A stretch of 36,031 bases of DNA from a virus. Its lineage: Duplodnaviria > Heunggongvirae > Uroviricota > Caudoviricetes. The position numbers were made by a program, and so were the translations under genes. This document shows positions 19,419-28,502 of the stretch, piece after piece (the stretch's first letter is position 1; each line of letters starts with the position of its first letter). The stretch lies in IMG/VR virus record IMGVR_UViG_3300042940_001739; one strand, 5' to 3'. The notes below the pieces were generated by a model, which saw nothing but the letters and a program-made list of their open reading frames with translations, did no database searches and was not told the DNA's origin.

Positions 19419-21152
19419 ATGGCACAAATAGAAACGCATCCAATCGCGAAAAAATTAGGTTGGAAAGTAGGCGAAGATTACCCAGTAGACGGAAATAACG
19501 CACTTTATTTAACAACGATTCAAGGTGGTTATCTTTTACCGGGAGAAACTCCAAATCAATGTTATCACAGATTAGCAAACACTGCAGCACGGTATCATAA
19601 TGATGAAACATTAGCTCCTAAGTTTTTAGAAATTGTTTCTAAGTTATGGTTAATTCCATCAACGCCAGTTTGTGCAAATTTCGGAACAGATAGAGGTTTA
19701 CCAATATCTTGTTTTTCTGGATATGTTGATGATGATATGTATGAGTTGAATCGTAAAAGTACAGAAATGTCGATGCTATCAAAAGCAGGTGGCGGTACAG
19801 CTTATGACTTCTCAGGTATTCGTCCAATTGGATCTCCTATTAGAAATGGTGAAAATGGTAAATCAGATGGTATTATTCCATTTATCAAAGGTTATGATTC
19901 TTGGATCTTAGCATCTAAACAAGGAAGTTTAAGGCGTGGTGCTGTAGCAATTTATCTAAATGCAGAACATGGAGAATTTCCTGAGTTCTTAGAAGTAAGA
20001 GAACCAAAAGGGGAAGTTCAACGTCAATGTCACAACATTCATCAAGGAGCAATCTTTACAGATGAGTTCATGCAGAAAGTAGTTGACAAAAATGGTAAAG
20101 AACGTGAATTATGGTTAAACACTCTTAAAAAACGTGTTAAGACAGGCGAGCCATATACAATGTTTATTGACAACGCAAATAAGGTAGTCCCAGAATGGTG
20201 GAAAAATAATGATTTGAAAATTCATCATTCAAATTTATGTTCTGAAATATTTTTGCCAACTGATAAAGATCATACATTGGTATGTTGTCTATCATCATTA
20301 AACTTAGCAAAATATGATGAGTGGAAAGACACAGACACTGTATATTTATCAACATTGTTTTTAGATGCAGTAATTTCTGAGTTTTTAGAAAAAGCACAAT
20401 CAATTAAAGGAATTGAAGATACAGTTAGATTTGCTGAAAAATCTAGAGCATTAGGTTTAGGTACATTAGGATGGCATTCATATTTGCAATCAAAAATGAT
20501 TCCATTTGCCGGCTTAGAAGCTCGTTCATTAACTAGAATCATATTTGGCGATATTAGAAAGAAAGCTGAACAAGCTACATTAGATATGGGAACAAAATAT
20601 GGTGAACCAGAATGGTGTGCAGGAACAGGAAGACGCAATCTTACATTAATGGCAATTGCACCAAATCGTAGTTCATCTAAATTAGCAGGCGGTGTATCAC
20701 AAGGGGTTGAACCATTAGCAGCAAACATTTATGTTGATGATGATGCTAAAGGAGTTCACATTAGAAGAAATCCATATTTAGAAGCATTGCTAATTAGCAA
20801 AGATAGAAATATCCCAGAAGTGTGGGATACAATTTCAGAAGATAAAGGTTCGGTACAAAATATTAGAACTTTAACAAAAGAAGAAAAAGAAGTATTCTTA
20901 ACATTCAAAGAAATTAACCAATTGGAATTAGTTCGTCAAGCAGGTGTTCGTCAAGAATATATTGACCAAGGACAAAGTATTAATTTAGCATTCTTCCAAG
21001 ATGCTCCAGCAAAATGGATTAATCAAGTTCACATCGAAGCTTGGAAATTAGGTTTGAAATCTTTATACTATTTAAGATCAGAATCAGTTTTAAGAGCAGA
21101 CTCAAAAATGCAAAGAGATTTATATAGCGAATGTTTAGCGTGTGAAGGATAA
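19419..21152 (+). CDS. nrdA: Class I ribonucleotide reductase alpha subunit (short, no ATP cone)
   Basis: PISCF, SNLCSEI, VCCLSSLN, IAPNRSSS, SLYYLRS, C-terminal CLACEG; start moved to ATG 19419. Confidence 0.95.
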   Translation: MAQIETHPIAKKLGWKVGEDYPVDGNNALYLTTIQGGYLLPGETPNQCYHRLANTAARYHNDETLAPKFLEIVSKLWLIPSTPVCANFGTDRGLPISCFSGYVDDDMYELNRKSTEMSMLSKAGGGTAYDFSGIRPIGSPIRNGENGKSDGIIPFIKGYDSWILASKQGSLRRGAVAIYLNAEHGEFPEFLEVREPKGEVQRQCHNIHQGAIFTDEFMQKVVDKNGKERELWLNTLKKRVKTGEPYTMFIDNANKVVPEWWKNNDLKIHHSNLCSEIFLPTDKDHTLVCCLSSLNLAKYDEWKDTDTVYLSTLFLDAVISEFLEKAQSIKGIEDTVRFAEKSRALGLGTLGWHSYLQSKMIPFAGLEARSLTRIIFGDIRKKAEQATLDMGTKYGEPEWCAGTGRRNLTLMAIAPNRSSSKLAGGVSQGVEPLAANIYVDDDAKGVHIRRNPYLEALLISKDRNIPEVWDTISEDKGSVQNIRTLTKEEKEVFLTFKEINQLELVRQAGVRQEYIDQGQSINLAFFQDAPAKWINQVHIEAWKLGLKSLYYLRSESVLRADSKMQRDLYSECLACEG

Positions 21153-21162
21153 TCGCACGCTA
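21136..21162 (+). terminator. Stem-loop over the nrdA stop codon (possible terminator or processing hairpin)
   Basis: TAGCGTGTGA-AGGATAA-TCGCACGCTA, a 10-bp stem with one G-U pair; weak U tract. Confidence 0.5.
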
Positions 21163-21165
21163 CAT

Positions 21166-21194
21166 TTGGTTATTTGAATTAATTTCATTATATT
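21166..21194 (+). promoter_or_regulatory. Sigma70-like promoter TTGGTT-N17-TATATT
   Basis: Recurrent class, upstream of folE. Confidence 0.55.
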
Positions 21195-21213
21195 ATAAGA
21201 AGAAAAACAAGTT

Positions 21214-21921
21214 ATGACAGACAAACAAAGAAAAAATCTAGAACTAGTAAAATCTGGTTTTGCTAATGGTATTTCCACGCAATTAGCTAATAAACAAGCT
21301 ATTGACGGACCTGACGCTCGATTGACTGACGATGAGAAACAGCATATTATTAAAATGGCTGCATTCTATTACGGTGAATTTCTTAAAGCATTAGGAGTAG
21401 ATTGGGAAAAAGATCCTAATTCAGATAATACACCTAATCGTGTAGCAAAAGCATATGTTAATGATTTATGGAAAGGTCGTTATGAGCCAATGTCAGATAT
21501 TACTTCATTTCCGAGTGATGGTTATGATGGTATAGTATTTGAGGGCGGTATTCCATTAACTAGTATGTGTTCACATCATCATCAAACAATTGAAGGGTTA
21601 GTTCATATTGCATATATTCCAGCAGATAACGGAAACGTAGTTGGGTTAAGTAAATTGAATCGAGTAGTAGAACACTTTGGTAGACGAGGTGCAATACAAG
21701 AACAGTTGACAGTTGCGATTCAACACGCAGTAGATGAACTTATTACAGACAACAAAGGTGTAGCTGTAATGGTTGAAGCAACTCATAATTGTGTATCTTG
21801 TAGAGGTGTTAAGCATCGAGGCGCATCAATGAAGACCGCAAAATTATCAGGAGCATTTTTAGAAGACGGAAACGCAAGATCAGAATTTTATCAATTTGTA
21901 AAAGGTTACACTCATGGCTAA
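21214..21921 (+). CDS. folE: GTP cyclohydrolase I
   Basis: TPNRVAKAY, SMCSHH, VVGLSKLNRVV, IQEQLT, HNCVSCRGV. Confidence 0.95.
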   Translation: MTDKQRKNLELVKSGFANGISTQLANKQAIDGPDARLTDDEKQHIIKMAAFYYGEFLKALGVDWEKDPNSDNTPNRVAKAYVNDLWKGRYEPMSDITSFPSDGYDGIVFEGGIPLTSMCSHHHQTIEGLVHIAYIPADNGNVVGLSKLNRVVEHFGRRGAIQEQLTVAIQHAVDELITDNKGVAVMVEATHNCVSCRGVKHRGASMKTAKLSGAFLEDGNARSEFYQFVKGYTHG

Positions 21922-22408
21922 AACAAGATATCTATCAACGAAATTATTTGACAATTATTCAGTAGCAATTCGTCAGTGGAAAGCACAACATTCACATTGC
22001 CAATTGTTACATGGATATGCATTGAAGTTTAAAGTTTGGTTTGCATCTAATGAACCGAATATCGATGAACAATTAGATGATATGAATTGGATAGTTGATT
22101 ACGGAGGCTTCAAGACACCACCACACGGTAATGGCATCAAAGATTGGATGAATCATATGTGGGATCATACAACACTTATTCAAGCAAACGATCCATATCG
22201 AGATTTATTTGAATCGATGCAAATGGAAGGTATTTGCAAAGTTCATTTCTTAGAAAGAATGGGTGCAGAATCTAATGCACGATTAACATTTGAAAAACTT
22301 AACGAAGTAATGGCAAAGACTGATGCAGGTCGATGCAAAGTAGTTAAAGTTGAATGTTTTGAAAATGATAACAATTCATCTATATACGAAGAACAATGGG
22401 GAGAATAG
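21914..22408 (+). CDS. queD: 6-carboxytetrahydropterin synthase (QueD/PTPS family)
   Basis: RQW..HSHCQLLHGY, WIVDYG, WDHTTL, terminal VECFE; between folE and queE. Confidence 0.85.
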   Translation: MAKTRYLSTKLFDNYSVAIRQWKAQHSHCQLLHGYALKFKVWFASNEPNIDEQLDDMNWIVDYGGFKTPPHGNGIKDWMNHMWDHTTLIQANDPYRDLFESMQMEGICKVHFLERMGAESNARLTFEKLNEVMAKTDAGRCKVVKVECFENDNNSSIYEEQWGE

Positions 22409-22731
22409 TAACCACGTGGCAAGAAAACGGAATGTTGTATACATTAACAGCTAGTCCAATTAATAGTGAAAATACAACACCTAAAGCTCAACCATCGGAA
22501 ATGATATCTATATTTCAATATTTAGGTAATCGTACTCCCGATCAAGGCACTGGTGCTAAAGTATATCAACATGCAAAAAACGTTGGTGCTAAATATGAAG
22601 CAGGTGACTTAAATACTCCATCTTATCAAGGAAAGATTATGTTGTACGAACGTAGCTTCTTAGATACTTATTTTAATAACAATACAGCAACTACTTCAAT
22701 CGGTGAAGAAGATGATGACTTACCATTTTAA
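22396..22731 (+). CDS. Hypothetical protein with an SSB-like acidic C-terminal tail (EEDDDLPF)
   Basis: 111-aa ORF between queD and queE. Confidence 0.65.
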   Translation: MGRIVTTWQENGMLYTLTASPINSENTTPKAQPSEMISIFQYLGNRTPDQGTGAKVYQHAKNVGAKYEAGDLNTPSYQGKIMLYERSFLDTYFNNNTATTSIGEEDDDLPF

Positions 22732-22732
22732 T

Positions 22733-23506
22733 ATGAATAAACGAATTACAGATTACAATAAAACACTTCCTATCATTGAATTGTATAGATGTGTTCAAAG
22801 TGAAGGAAGTCGATTTGGTCGACCTACTATCGCAGTAAGAACTACGGGTTGCACACATAGATGTTACTTTGGTGAAGGCGGTTGGTGTGATAGTTGGTAT
22901 ACAAGTATACACCCAGAAAAAGGTCAATTTACATTTAATGATATCATCAAGATATATGACGAAAATCCTCATATCAAAGAGATGATGCTAACGGGAGGTT
23001 CCCCGACAATGCACCCAGCATTGGTAAACGAACTTACACATTTCGCACATGAAAGAGACATTCTTATTACTATTGAAACTGAAGGCTCGCATTTTATTGA
23101 GACCGATTATCCTATTGGTCTTATATCTCTTAGCCCTAAGTTTTCAAATAGTGTTCCCGTATTGGGAGTGGCCACACCACAAGGTGATATTACGGACGAT
23201 AAAATGGTTCGACAACATAACAAGTTTAGAATGAATTTAACTGCGATGCACGCAATGATAACAACGCATTTAGATTATCATTTTAAACCAGTATGGGATG
23301 GTACTGCAGAGAATTTAAAAGAAATTGAAGAAATCCGAGAGTTCTTAGAAATTCCAAAAGATAAAACATACATAATGCCGGCAGGCGACACACGAGAAGA
23401 ATTAATAAAAATGTATCCAATTGTATTTGATATGTGTGCTGAAAAAGGTTATAACATGACCGGAAGAGACCATATCATTGCATTTGACACTAAACGAGGA
23501 GTATAA
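22733..23506 (+). CDS. queE: 7-carboxy-7-deazaguanine synthase (radical SAM)
   Basis: VQSEG..FGRPTIAVRTTGC...C.......CDS, LTGGSP, TIETEG, SLSPK; start moved to ATG 22733. Confidence 0.92.
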   Translation: MNKRITDYNKTLPIIELYRCVQSEGSRFGRPTIAVRTTGCTHRCYFGEGGWCDSWYTSIHPEKGQFTFNDIIKIYDENPHIKEMMLTGGSPTMHPALVNELTHFAHERDILITIETEGSHFIETDYPIGLISLSPKFSNSVPVLGVATPQGDITDDKMVRQHNKFRMNLTAMHAMITTHLDYHFKPVWDGTAENLKEIEEIREFLEIPKDKTYIMPAGDTREELIKMYPIVFDMCAEKGYNMTGRDHIIAFDTKRGV

Positions 23507-23507
23507 T

Positions 23508-23861
23508 ATGTTTAACACATCAACAACAAGCAACAGCACCGCAACACTTAACGGAAGCGGAGGCATTACATTAGGAACCACATGCCCCACAGCAACCTAC
23601 GTTGCTACATCGGGTACAACAATTTACGGAGGATTAACATTAAACCATAACACAACAAGTATGAATCAACAAGTAAAAGTAGCAGTGTTTCAAGTAACAA
23701 GAAACAAATACAACGAAATCAAAACGTCGACATTTATTGATGAGTTTTGGATTGAGAAGAAAACAGGAATTTCAATTGACTTTGCAGTAGCTAAAAAGCT
23801 AGCTGGTAAGTTTGAAGCAGACGAAATTGTGATTAAAGAAATTTATACGGTTACATTGTAA
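23508..23861 (+). CDS. Hypothetical protein (Thr/Gly-rich N-terminus)
   Basis: ATG 23508 preceded by GAGGAG; an alternative start at 23661 is possible. Confidence 0.55.
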   Translation: MFNTSTTSNSTATLNGSGGITLGTTCPTATYVATSGTTIYGGLTLNHNTTSMNQQVKVAVFQVTRNKYNEIKTSTFIDEFWIEKKTGISIDFAVAKKLAGKFEADEIVIKEIYTVTL

Positions 23862-24109
23862 TGAAGCAGGTATTATATTTCAGTGCACCATGGTGCGGCC
23901 CATGCAAAATGCTTAAACCTAGATTAGAACCATTACGTAGTCAAATGAGAATTGTTGATATCAATGTAGATTCTAGTCCAGAAACAGCACAAGATTGGCG
24001 AGTGAAAAATGTTCCAACTATTATAGTAGTAGAAGGAACTAATGAAGTTGGTAGATTAGTTGGTCAATCTATCACACCAGAATCGATTACAAATTTATTT
24101 AATAGATAA
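23861..24109 (+). CDS. trxA: Thioredoxin
   Basis: FSAPWCGPCK; VPT cis-Pro motif. Confidence 0.92.
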   Translation: MKQVLYFSAPWCGPCKMLKPRLEPLRSQMRIVDINVDSSPETAQDWRVKNVPTIIVVEGTNEVGRLVGQSITPESITNLFNR

Positions 24110-24115
24110 CAAGTT

Positions 24116-24415
24116 ATGAATTGGAAACCAATTGGAGATCAAGTACTCCTTATAAAATTAGAAAAACAAGAAAAGACAGCATCTGGAATCATAATGATGT
24201 CTGGTATGGATGAGTATGTTGAATGTGATGTAATGGCTGTTGGTGACGGCTTATTTACACAGACAGGAAATAAAATACCTATGACTGTTACAGTTGGAGA
24301 TCGAGTAAAAATATACTCAGGAAACTTAGGTGAGCAGAAAAAAGTACAATTAGGTACAATGGATTATATTTTAGTCCGTGAACATGAGATTGCGTTGATT
24401 AATACAAGACCATGA
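24116..24415 (+). CDS. groES: Co-chaperonin GroES (Cpn10)
   Basis: KPIGDQVLL, EKTASGII, VMAVGDG, PMTVTVGDRV. Confidence 0.92.
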   Translation: MNWKPIGDQVLLIKLEKQEKTASGIIMMSGMDEYVECDVMAVGDGLFTQTGNKIPMTVTVGDRVKIYSGNLGEQKKVQLGTMDYILVREHEIALINTRP

Positions 24416-24660
24416 TAGAAATATTAGGTTGGTTAAGCACTGCATTGGTTTTATTAGGTTATATTACCAATGCACGTGGCCTAACAAAATGGGCTATGAT
24501 AACCTGGATCTTAGGTGATTGTGGTTGGATTATGTATGATGTTTATATACAGAATATAAGTCATATGGCTCTTAGTTTAGTTATTATAGTAATAAATTTA
24601 ACAGGTATTTATCGGTTATGGAAATTATCATCAAAGAAGAAGACATTGCTAAAAGGGTAA
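24412..24660 (+). CDS. Small three-helix membrane protein (PnuC/SemiSWEET-like topology)
   Basis: Three hydrophobic segments, LGW...GY..N...W..GD..W..Y pattern. Confidence 0.55.
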   Translation: MIEILGWLSTALVLLGYITNARGLTKWAMITWILGDCGWIMYDVYIQNISHMALSLVIIVINLTGIYRLWKLSSKKKTLLKG

Positions 24661-25127
24661 AAGAATTAGCACAAGCAATATCAACAGATCACGTTTTTAA
24701 TAGTGATAATGTATTGCCACCCGTAATGATATGTGTATTGAATGGATCATTTCATTTCTTTTCAGATCTAACAAGAATGATGTCAATTGACTCAGAAGTT
24801 GATTTTATTAGATTGAAATCATATGAAGGTCAAGACAATTCACAAGGCGTATCAGTTATTAAAGATTTAGAATTAGATTTAAAAGGCAAACGAGTTTATA
24901 TTGTTGACGACATTTTAGATACTGGTGCTACAATGATTGAAGCATTGCACATGGTTAATTCTAGAATGGCACAAGAAGTAAAAATAGTAACATTGTTAAA
25001 ACGCAAAGATGGCCCAATGACTCCTGACTTTTATGGATTTGAAATAGGAGATGAATGGGTTCTAGGCTACGGTTTAGATGACTATGGATTAAAAAGACAC
25101 GAACGAAATATATACAAAATAAATTAA
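24618..25127 (+). CDS. hpt: Hypoxanthine/guanine phosphoribosyltransferase
   Basis: CVLNGSFHFFSDL, KSY, PRPP loop VYIVDDILDTGAT, VLGYGLD. Confidence 0.9.
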   Translation: MEIIIKEEDIAKRVKELAQAISTDHVFNSDNVLPPVMICVLNGSFHFFSDLTRMMSIDSEVDFIRLKSYEGQDNSQGVSVIKDLELDLKGKRVYIVDDILDTGATMIEALHMVNSRMAQEVKIVTLLKRKDGPMTPDFYGFEIGDEWVLGYGLDDYGLKRHERNIYKIN

Positions 25128-27640
25128 TGGCATATCAAGCAATAGGTTACGACAAAAAGAATGGCATCATGCACATATGGGATGATGAGTTAGGACATAA
25201 CAAGTTCCCATTTCAACCATATGGATATTTGCCAGACGCAAATGGTCAATATCAATCCTTAGACGGAACTAGATTATCAAAAGTTCCTGGCAATCATCGA
25301 GATAATTCTAAATCATTCGAATCTGACTTAAATGAAGAAGTTAGAACTTTGATTGATTTATATTATGAATCAGATGAGCCATCAAAAGGACATAGAGATT
25401 TCTTTTTTGATATTGAAACAGCAAAAGACGAAAATGGTTATAGTACTACAGAAGATGTTCGAACAGTAATTACTTCTATCGCATATTATGACAAAGCAGG
25501 GAAAGACCGTCGTGTATTAATTCTAGACGAATTAGGCCGCATAAAAGAGCAGGAAATACAAGGAGACGGCTATGTATTAGAGATATTTCGTGACGAAAGA
25601 GACCTTTTAACACGATTTATCAATAAATTTGCAGAAATACAACCTACAGTAATTACGGGTTGGAACACTGATGGATATGATGTTCCTTATTTAATGGGAC
25701 GTTGTAAAAAGGTTTTAGGAGCACAATCAATTAAGAAGTTCTCACCTGCCGGCATTGTTGAACAGACAAAATCAGGTAAATGGAAGATCTTCGGAGTATC
25801 TAGTTTAGATTATATTAAATTGTATAAAAACTTTACGTATACTGAACTACCTAATTACCGATTAGACACTGTTGCTAAAAAAGAATTAGGTCGAGGAAAA
25901 GTAGAATATGACGGTGATTTAGACACATTGTTTACACAAGATATTCACAAGTTTGCTTATTACAATATGACTGACGTTGATTTGGTTTATGATATGGATG
26001 AAAAACTTCAATTATTAAACTTAGCACGTACAATATGTCATAAAGGACACGTTCCATATGAAGATGTGTATTATGCATCTAAATATCTAGATGGAGCAGC
26101 AATTGTAGATTTGAAACGAAATGGATTTGTTGCGCCTAACAAGCAATTTAGATTTATTGAAGAAGAAACAATGGCAGATGCTTTAGCAGGAGCATATGTA
26201 ATGGCACCAGTACCTGGATTGTATAAATGGATCTATGACTTGGACTTAACTTCGCTTTATCCGAGTATCATCATGACAGCAAATATTTCTCCAGAAACTA
26301 AAGTAGCTGTTATTAAAAATTGGAATCAAGAATGTTTGTTAAATAAGACACCTCAGCAAGTAGAATTCACAGATGGTAGTTATGCACATGACGTTAAACA
26401 ATGGTTGATTGATAACAATTATTCAGTTGCAAGTAACGGAGCTGTGTATAGAAATGATCAACGAGGTTTCCTTCCAACGATTCTAGAAAAATGGTTTGAC
26501 GAACGTGTTATTTACAAAGATAAACGTGATACATATGAAGTAGGAACAGAAGATTATAAATTCTATGATGCGATGCAGTTAACACAAAAAGTATTGCTTA
26601 ACTCATTCTACGGAGTATTAGGATTAAAAACATTCAGATTCTATGATTTAGATAATGCAGGAGCAATTACAGCAGTTGGTCAAAGCATTATTAAATTCTC
26701 AGCAAAAGTTATTAATAACTATTACAAGAAAGAATTAGGAACTGATCACTTTATTAATGCATCAGGTGGCAAAGCAGAGTTTGCATTTTATACAGATACA
26801 GATTCAACGTTTTGTAGTAGTGAGCCATTAATTAAACATCGTTTCCCAGGATGTGATACTGAAGATGAACAGTTCATGATTGAACAAACAAATGCAATTG
26901 CATCTGAGATTCAAAAGACTGTTAATACGATGTATAATCAATATGCAAAAGTATTCCACAATACAGAAAAGCACCGTTTCCAAATTAAGCAGGAGTATAT
27001 TGCTAAATCTGGTTTATGGATTGCAAAGAAACGCTATGCACAGTGGGTTATTTTCAAAGAAGGTAAACCTACGGATAAATTAGATGTAAAAGGATTAGAT
27101 GTTGTAAGATCTAGTTTCCCGGAAGATTTCAAAAAAATCATGAAAGAAACATTGTGGTTCATTCTTAAAGGTAAAGACAAACAAACTACATCAACATTGA
27201 TACATGATTTCAAAAGTAACATCAAGAAGTCAGAAGTATTAAATGTAATGAAGAATTCAAGTGTTAAAGAATTGTCTAAATACATTCGAGGAAGAAAACC
27301 ATTTACAGGATTTATCAAGGGTACAACAGCACACGCAAAAGCAGCAATCAATTTCAATGATATGCTTTCAACATTATCAACAGACATCTTACCAATTAAA
27401 GATGGCGAAAAAGTTAAATGGGGTTACATGTTAAATAATCCATATGGGTTTGAAACATTAGCATTGCGAGGATATCAAGATCCACCCGAGATAGTTGCAT
27501 TCGCAAATCAATACATTGACCACAATAAAATGTTTACATCAGACCTAAGCAACAAGTTCAATGACTTTTATGCAGCAATGGGTTGGGGCGCATTACCAGA
27601 AAATAATAATGCAAATAAATTCTTTTCATTTGGAAAATAA
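25127..27640 (+). CDS. Family B DNA polymerase (T4 gp43-like)
   Basis: ExoI FDIET, ExoII GWNTDGYD, ExoIII YNMTDV, DLTSLYPSI, KVLLNSFYG, YTDTDS, KKRYA. Confidence 0.97.
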   Translation: MAYQAIGYDKKNGIMHIWDDELGHNKFPFQPYGYLPDANGQYQSLDGTRLSKVPGNHRDNSKSFESDLNEEVRTLIDLYYESDEPSKGHRDFFFDIETAKDENGYSTTEDVRTVITSIAYYDKAGKDRRVLILDELGRIKEQEIQGDGYVLEIFRDERDLLTRFINKFAEIQPTVITGWNTDGYDVPYLMGRCKKVLGAQSIKKFSPAGIVEQTKSGKWKIFGVSSLDYIKLYKNFTYTELPNYRLDTVAKKELGRGKVEYDGDLDTLFTQDIHKFAYYNMTDVDLVYDMDEKLQLLNLARTICHKGHVPYEDVYYASKYLDGAAIVDLKRNGFVAPNKQFRFIEEETMADALAGAYVMAPVPGLYKWIYDLDLTSLYPSIIMTANISPETKVAVIKNWNQECLLNKTPQQVEFTDGSYAHDVKQWLIDNNYSVASNGAVYRNDQRGFLPTILEKWFDERVIYKDKRDTYEVGTEDYKFYDAMQLTQKVLLNSFYGVLGLKTFRFYDLDNAGAITAVGQSIIKFSAKVINNYYKKELGTDHFINASGGKAEFAFYTDTDSTFCSSEPLIKHRFPGCDTEDEQFMIEQTNAIASEIQKTVNTMYNQYAKVFHNTEKHRFQIKQEYIAKSGLWIAKKRYAQWVIFKEGKPTDKLDVKGLDVVRSSFPEDFKKIMKETLWFILKGKDKQTTSTLIHDFKSNIKKSEVLNVMKNSSVKELSKYIRGRKPFTGFIKGTTAHAKAAINFNDMLSTLSTDILPIKDGEKVKWGYMLNNPYGFETLALRGYQDPPEIVAFANQYIDHNKMFTSDLSNKFNDFYAAMGWGALPENNNANKFFSFGK

Positions 27641-27658
27641 GAATAAATTCATTATATT
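27630..27658 (+). promoter_or_regulatory. Sigma70-like promoter TTGGAA-N17-TATATT
   Basis: Recurrent class; 5 nt before ATG 27664. Confidence 0.6.
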
Positions 27659-27663
27659 ATAGT

Positions 27664-28089
27664 ATGATTGGTTATAGAACACATTGGTATGGCAAAGAAG
27701 TTGAAGGTCGTTATAGCGATATTGAAACTTTATTCGTTGCAGATACAAAAGCATTTGAGCAAGTTAAAAACGCAGGTGTAGCACACATATATTTATGCTC
27801 ACCGGCAACAGAGCAATTAGTTAAATCTGAATCTTGGGATATTATTTTCCATATGATGACAGACACAACATTTGTTACAATTGAAGTAACACCTGGTATG
27901 TTAGAAAAGATACCTCCGATGATTAGAATCCGAGCACATATCTTGTTAATGTTAACGTGTTCAGATGCAGGCTTATTGAAAAAGACTGATAGCATCAAAG
28001 TTGTATATGCAGATTATTCGTTATTTTGTACGACCGTGCATAATATGCAACAAGTAACTCCAGATGATTATAAATTCGATAGACAATGA
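27664..28089 (+). CDS. Hypothetical protein leading the modification sub-operon
   Basis: 141-aa ORF, ATGA-coupled to the next gene. Confidence 0.7.
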   Translation: MIGYRTHWYGKEVEGRYSDIETLFVADTKAFEQVKNAGVAHIYLCSPATEQLVKSESWDIIFHMMTDTTFVTIEVTPGMLEKIPPMIRIRAHILLMLTCSDAGLLKKTDSIKVVYADYSLFCTTVHNMQQVTPDDYKFDRQ

Positions 28090-28502
28090 GAATTGGCGTA
28101 GTAGCAGGCAACTTTGATGTAATACATCCCGGTTATGTTAAGATGTTTAATGAGTGCGAAGCTTCATGTGATCAATTGATAATTTTATTGCATGATGATC
28201 CTTCAGTTGAACGACCTAACAAATTAAAGCCGGTACTTTCAATATATGAACGACGTGAAATGTTAACTAGTTTAGTTCGAGGTTGTATTATTTTAACATA
28301 TAATACCGAAGCTGAATTAGAATTTTTATTGAAATCAATTGAACCTGATATAAGATTTTTAGGAACCGATTATCAGTTAGAAGAATTCACCGGTAAACAT
28401 TTGAATATTCCAATTCATTATATATCTAGAACACATGGTTGGTCAACAACAAAATACAAACAATTAATAGCAGATGAAGTACAGCGTAGTAGTAACATTT
28501 AG
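28086..28502 (+). CDS. Cytidylyltransferase (TagD/GCT-like, HxGH superfamily)
   Basis: AGNFDVIHPGY, KP....ER..ML, GTDY, RTHGWSTT. Confidence 0.85.
   Translation: MRIGVVAGNFDVIHPGYVKMFNECEASCDQLIILLHDDPSVERPNKLKPVLSIYERREMLTSLVRGCIILTYNTEAELEFLLKSIEPDIRFLGTDYQLEEFTGKHLNIPIHYISRTHGWSTTKYKQLIADEVQRSSNI

Noticed and set aside
14707-27640. Introns or inteins in uvsX, helicase, nrdAB or polB
   Set aside because: Lengths are normal or short, motifs are contiguous, and no intein-like insertions are visible.
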